This document shows, one piece after another, positions 33,508 through 35,957 of a DNA stretch of 35,957 nucleotides (positions are counted from its first letter, which is position 1; the number at the start of each line of letters is the position of its first letter). Origin of the DNA: Pseudobdellovibrionaceae bacterium (GTDB taxonomy: Bacteria > Bdellovibrionota > Bdellovibrionia > Bdellovibrionales > JAMPXM01); assembly GCA_022843085.1 (NCBI GenBank), contig JALHOI010000002.1, positions 1 through 35,957 of the forward strand, given 5' to 3'. Under the pieces are notes generated by a model. That model had not been told where the DNA came from. It worked only from the letters and a program-made list of their open reading frames with translations, and ran no database searches. Made by a program: the position numbers and the translations under genes.

Positions 33508-35034
33508 TTAAAAAGACGTCGTAAAGCTGAGCGTTCCGAGTGTTTGAGAATTCACGGCTGAACCGTCACGAGTGAAAACATCTTGGGTGCTTTGATCCCG
33601 ACGTCCTTCAAGTCGCACGACCGCGTTCGGTGTCAGTCGATTTTCGAGTGTCAACGTCAGACTTGTGACTTCTTGTCCGTTCGACAGCGTCTCTGCGAAG
33701 GCCAAATTGTCACGATCGTTGATAAACTCGAGTCTCGGTGTAAGCGCCCATTCATCGTCGAACCGATAGTTCGCGTAAGCTGCAATTCCGGTCGCCGAGA
33801 AATTTCCGATTTGATAGAGGTCGGCATTCAGTGCAAACGTCAATTTGCTCGTGGCTTTGTAGACCGAGATGAAGTCGTAAACCGTGCGCGCCTTCACTGC
33901 CCCAGATGCATCGAGGTTGGTCGGCGTCGCGGCTGAGCCTGTGATTCCGTTAAAGTAGAGAGAAAGAGAATCGGTCGGAAGCCAAGCGATTTGTCCGCCG
34001 TAAGATTTTTGTTTTGTATCGGCGTACAAATTGTTCCATCCGTCTGTCGCGAGCGCCATGACCGTGAGCTTTTCGCTGGCCGCGTAAGAGACTTTCGCGC
34101 CTTGATGCCAGAACGGAACAAAGTATCCAAAGAGAATACTTCGCGAGTAGTTCCAGTTATCTTGTGATTCGATGACTTCGTAGCCGAGGTGTGTGGTGAA
34201 GCGTCCCACGTCGATCGTCCATTTATCATTCGGTTTGTAAGTCGCGTAGACCTGCTTCGCGTTGACTTGTCCTGCATCGGTTTTGAATCCGGATACGACT
34301 TGCATGGTGGGGCCGTAGGCCAGGTCGAGTGTCGTCGTGACGGGGCCGGTTACTTTCTGTATCTGCAGCCGTGCGTACGCGAACTGCAAATCGTCATGGT
34401 AGGTATCGAACACGTGGTATTTGTTCTGTGACTGCGTGTTTAAGGCCGTAGGTGTCGCGGTCGTCAATGGCGCAGAATTAAAGTTATACGAATAATAGGC
34501 ATCGACCGAGCCTTTAAATGTGAAGCCAGAAAACAGGTTGACGACTTTCGCGATATCCTCGTCGCTCACTTGAGTTGGAGGAGCCGGCGGCGCGACAACG
34601 ACGGGCGCACCAAGACCCGCCAGTTCGCGTGCTGCAGTTTCAACGACTGGTTTTTCGGCGACAACAACATCCTTCTGAGGCTCTGTTTGCGCCCGCTGAG
34701 AAACTGACTGCGCCCGAAGATGGCGCCAAAGTTTTCCCTTTAACTCGTACTCGTTTTTACCCCATCCACTCGATTTACGTTCAATCACTGCACGGTAATT
34801 GTGTTTTGGCCCGCGGTGAGTTGCGGTAAACTCGTCGTTCGAAGTCTTCGAGCACGAAATCTTCGCAAGAACGACTGATTCTTTTTCATTACACTTCGAG
34901 AGATCGAATTTCACGCTCGAACTTTCGCATGTCTCACCACTGATAACCGAAACTTCACCGCAAGGTTCAAGCGTCGAGGCGAGTACCGGACTTGAGAAGA
35001 GAAGCGTGATGAGAGCTATATTTCGCATGGCCAT
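33508..35034 (-). CDS. outer-membrane beta-barrel (porin-like) protein with an N-terminal 4-Cys globular domain
   Basis: Signal peptide and a Cys-containing domain of about 100 aa. A Pro/Val linker follows, then a barrel region of about 370 aa ending in a terminal Phe (LSFTTSF). Start is 35034 or 35028. Confidence 0.7.
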   Translation of the reverse strand: MAMRNIALITLLFSSPVLASTLEPCGEVSVISGETCESSSVKFDLSKCNEKESVVLAKISCSKTSNDEFTATHRGPKHNYRAVIERKSSGWGKNEYELKGKLWRHLRAQSVSQRAQTEPQKDVVVAEKPVVETAARELAGLGAPVVVAPPAPPTQVSDEDIAKVVNLFSGFTFKGSVDAYYSYNFNSAPLTTATPTALNTQSQNKYHVFDTYHDDLQFAYARLQIQKVTGPVTTTLDLAYGPTMQVVSGFKTDAGQVNAKQVYATYKPNDKWTIDVGRFTTHLGYEVIESQDNWNYSRSILFGYFVPFWHQGAKVSYAASEKLTVMALATDGWNNLYADTKQKSYGGQIAWLPTDSLSLYFNGITGSAATPTNLDASGAVKARTVYDFISVYKATSKLTFALNADLYQIGNFSATGIAAYANYRFDDEWALTPRLEFINDRDNLAFAETLSNGQEVTSLTLTLENRLTPNAVVRLEGRRDQSTQDVFTRDGSAVNSQTLGTLSFTTSF

Positions 35035-35096
35035 GTCTCCGAATGATTGTGATTCATCTATCAAGAAGTATTTCGGAATCTTTTCACGGCCACCCG

Positions 35097-35113
35097 AATG
35101 GAGATTCCTCCAT
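35097..35113. promoter_or_regulatory. 17-bp motif aatggagattcctccat, copy 1 (internal 6-bp inverted repeat)
   Basis: Exact duplicate of 35133-35149. atggag/ctccat arms flank attc. It lies between the divergent OMP operon and cheA. Confidence 0.5.
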
Positions 35114-35132
35114 TGCTGATTCTCAAAATGAA

Positions 35133-35149
35133 AATGGAGATTCCTCCAT
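35133..35149. promoter_or_regulatory. 17-bp motif aatggagattcctccat, copy 2
   Basis: Exact duplicate of 35097-35113, 36 bp centre to centre. It ends 50 nt upstream of the cheA GTG. Confidence 0.5.
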
Positions 35150-35199
35150 AACTTTATGGTGGGTCTCGAAACATTTTGGTTTAATCCGAGAAGAGCCCT

Positions 35200-35957
35200 G
35201 TGGATGACTTAGAGAGAGAACTTAAGGCCGGTTTCATCGAAGAGGCGCAACAGCTTTTGCAAGATGCTGAGCAGTGCTTTCTTCAGATTGAATCTAAGCC
35301 TGATGATGCAGAGATCATCAACCAGCTGTTTCGCCTAGCCCATAACTTGAAGGGAAGTGCGAAGGCCGTCGGTTTCATGGAACTTGGCGCATTCACACAT
35401 CTCATCGAATCTCTGCTTTTAAAAATCAAGGCTGGAAACACCAAAGTTGATTCGGCGATCGTCGACTTACTTCTTGCCTGTAAAGACCAGCTTCAGATTA
35501 TGCTTGACGGTCTTAAGCTCAACCTTGACGCGACTTTCGATTGCTCGGATTTGAATTCCAGACTTGAGGGCGCAATTTCAGGTGTCGTATCGGCCTCGAC
35601 AGACACGGTGCTCAAAAGCCATGAAGCAACCAACTCGTTGGATTCGAATGAGCTTGAGCAATTGGGCGTTCCACTTGCGAACGCAGAGGACTTTCCTGAG
35701 GGCGACCTGCCGACGACAGAGATACCAGCTGCAGAGATGCCGTCGACCGAACTCCCGGAAACCACAAAGGTGCGCGAGATCGATCATTTGATGTCGTCCG
35801 AGGTAGCGCTCGAGGTGGCGCCCGAGGCGCCTCAGACGCAGGCCATGGCGCAGCCCCAAAATCTGCAGCCCGCGCCATCAGCGGCGTCAGCGGCCAAACC
35901 CGGGATGGTTCAAGACGAAAGTATTCGCGTAAGCCTCGCACGCGTCGATCAGCTCAT
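35200..35957 (+). CDS. cheA: chemotaxis histidine kinase CheA, N-terminal part (Hpt domain and linker); runs off the right edge
   Basis: My own translation from GTG 35200, with an in-frame stop at 35182 upstream. The sequence reads MDDLERELKAGFIEEAQQLLQDAEQCFLQIE...LFRLAHNLKGSAKAVGF (Hpt phospho-His motif). A Pro/Glu/Ala linker follows, then DESIRVSLARVDQL (start of the dimerisation region). It is not in the ORF track because it has no stop in the window. Confidence 0.85.
   Translation, partial: MDDLERELKAGFIEEAQQLLQDAEQCFLQIESKPDDAEIINQLFRLAHNLKGSAKAVGFMELGAFTHLIESLLLKIKAGNTKVDSAIVDLLLACKDQLQIMLDGLKLNLDATFDCSDLNSRLEGAISGVVSASTDTVLKSHEATNSLDSNELEQLGVPLANAEDFPEGDLPTTEIPAAEMPSTELPETTKVREIDHLMSSEVALEVAPEAPQTQAMAQPQNLQPAPSAASAAKPGMVQDESIRVSLARVDQL

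Noticed and set aside
1-35957. Prophage, transposon, integron, or a defence or toxin-antitoxin island.
   Set aside because: Reading the six-frame track and the two edge ORFs, I saw no integrase, transposase, recombinase, phage structural gene or reverse transcriptase. I also saw no restriction-modification, Cas, STAND/AAA+ defence-type or TA-like gene pair. I found no tRNA that could serve as an attachment site.

Overview
About 36 kb of densely packed chromosomal DNA, roughly 50% GC by eye. It is probably from a Bdellovibrio-like or Oligoflexia-type Gram-negative. That is inference only, from FQNC/xAC lipoboxes, a TIGR02147-type HTH protein, a WG-repeat lipoprotein and many murein-remodelling enzymes. 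I support about 38 protein-coding genes, two of them truncated by the window edges and absent from the ORF track: a minus-strand ORF at 1-427 and cheA from 35200. Several neighbouring genes overlap by 1-11 nt, which suggests operons. Left part: greB, an MBL-fold hydrolase, sppA, a cytochrome-c-motif lipoprotein, an exported globin-fold protein, a thioesterase, an AlkB-like di-iron hydroxylase coupled to a dihydroorotase-like gene, and a ferritin-like protein. Next comes a minus-strand operon (CofE-like ligase, OMP, PHB-depolymerase-family esterase, small Cys protein). It is followed by a Csd6-like L,D-transpeptidase, YihY, an SLT-domain protein, an HPPD-like VOC protein and tldD-pmbA. The right part looks more accessory. 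It holds an RGG/Lys-Ala-tailed small protein, four lipoprotein genes of unknown function, a GNAT, and a TIGR02147 HTH gene translationally coupled to a secreted HExxH protein. After those come MltB-type transglycosylase and SDR genes, an OMP/REC-only regulator/histidine kinase operon, and the start of cheA. I found no rRNA, tRNA, CRISPR array, transposase, integrase, or recognisable defence or toxin-antitoxin module. I cannot name a canonical new system. The signals least explained by gene annotation are two structured non-coding islands (3950-4215 and 17282-17660) and an unusual number of perfect short tandem duplications. Some of those duplications supply the stop codons of genes. Others are a duplicated 17-bp palindromic motif between the OMP operon and cheA, the TIGR02147-HExxH cassette, and an exported globin-fold protein that appears to lack the proximal histidine. 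All family calls come from motif recognition by eye, not from searches.
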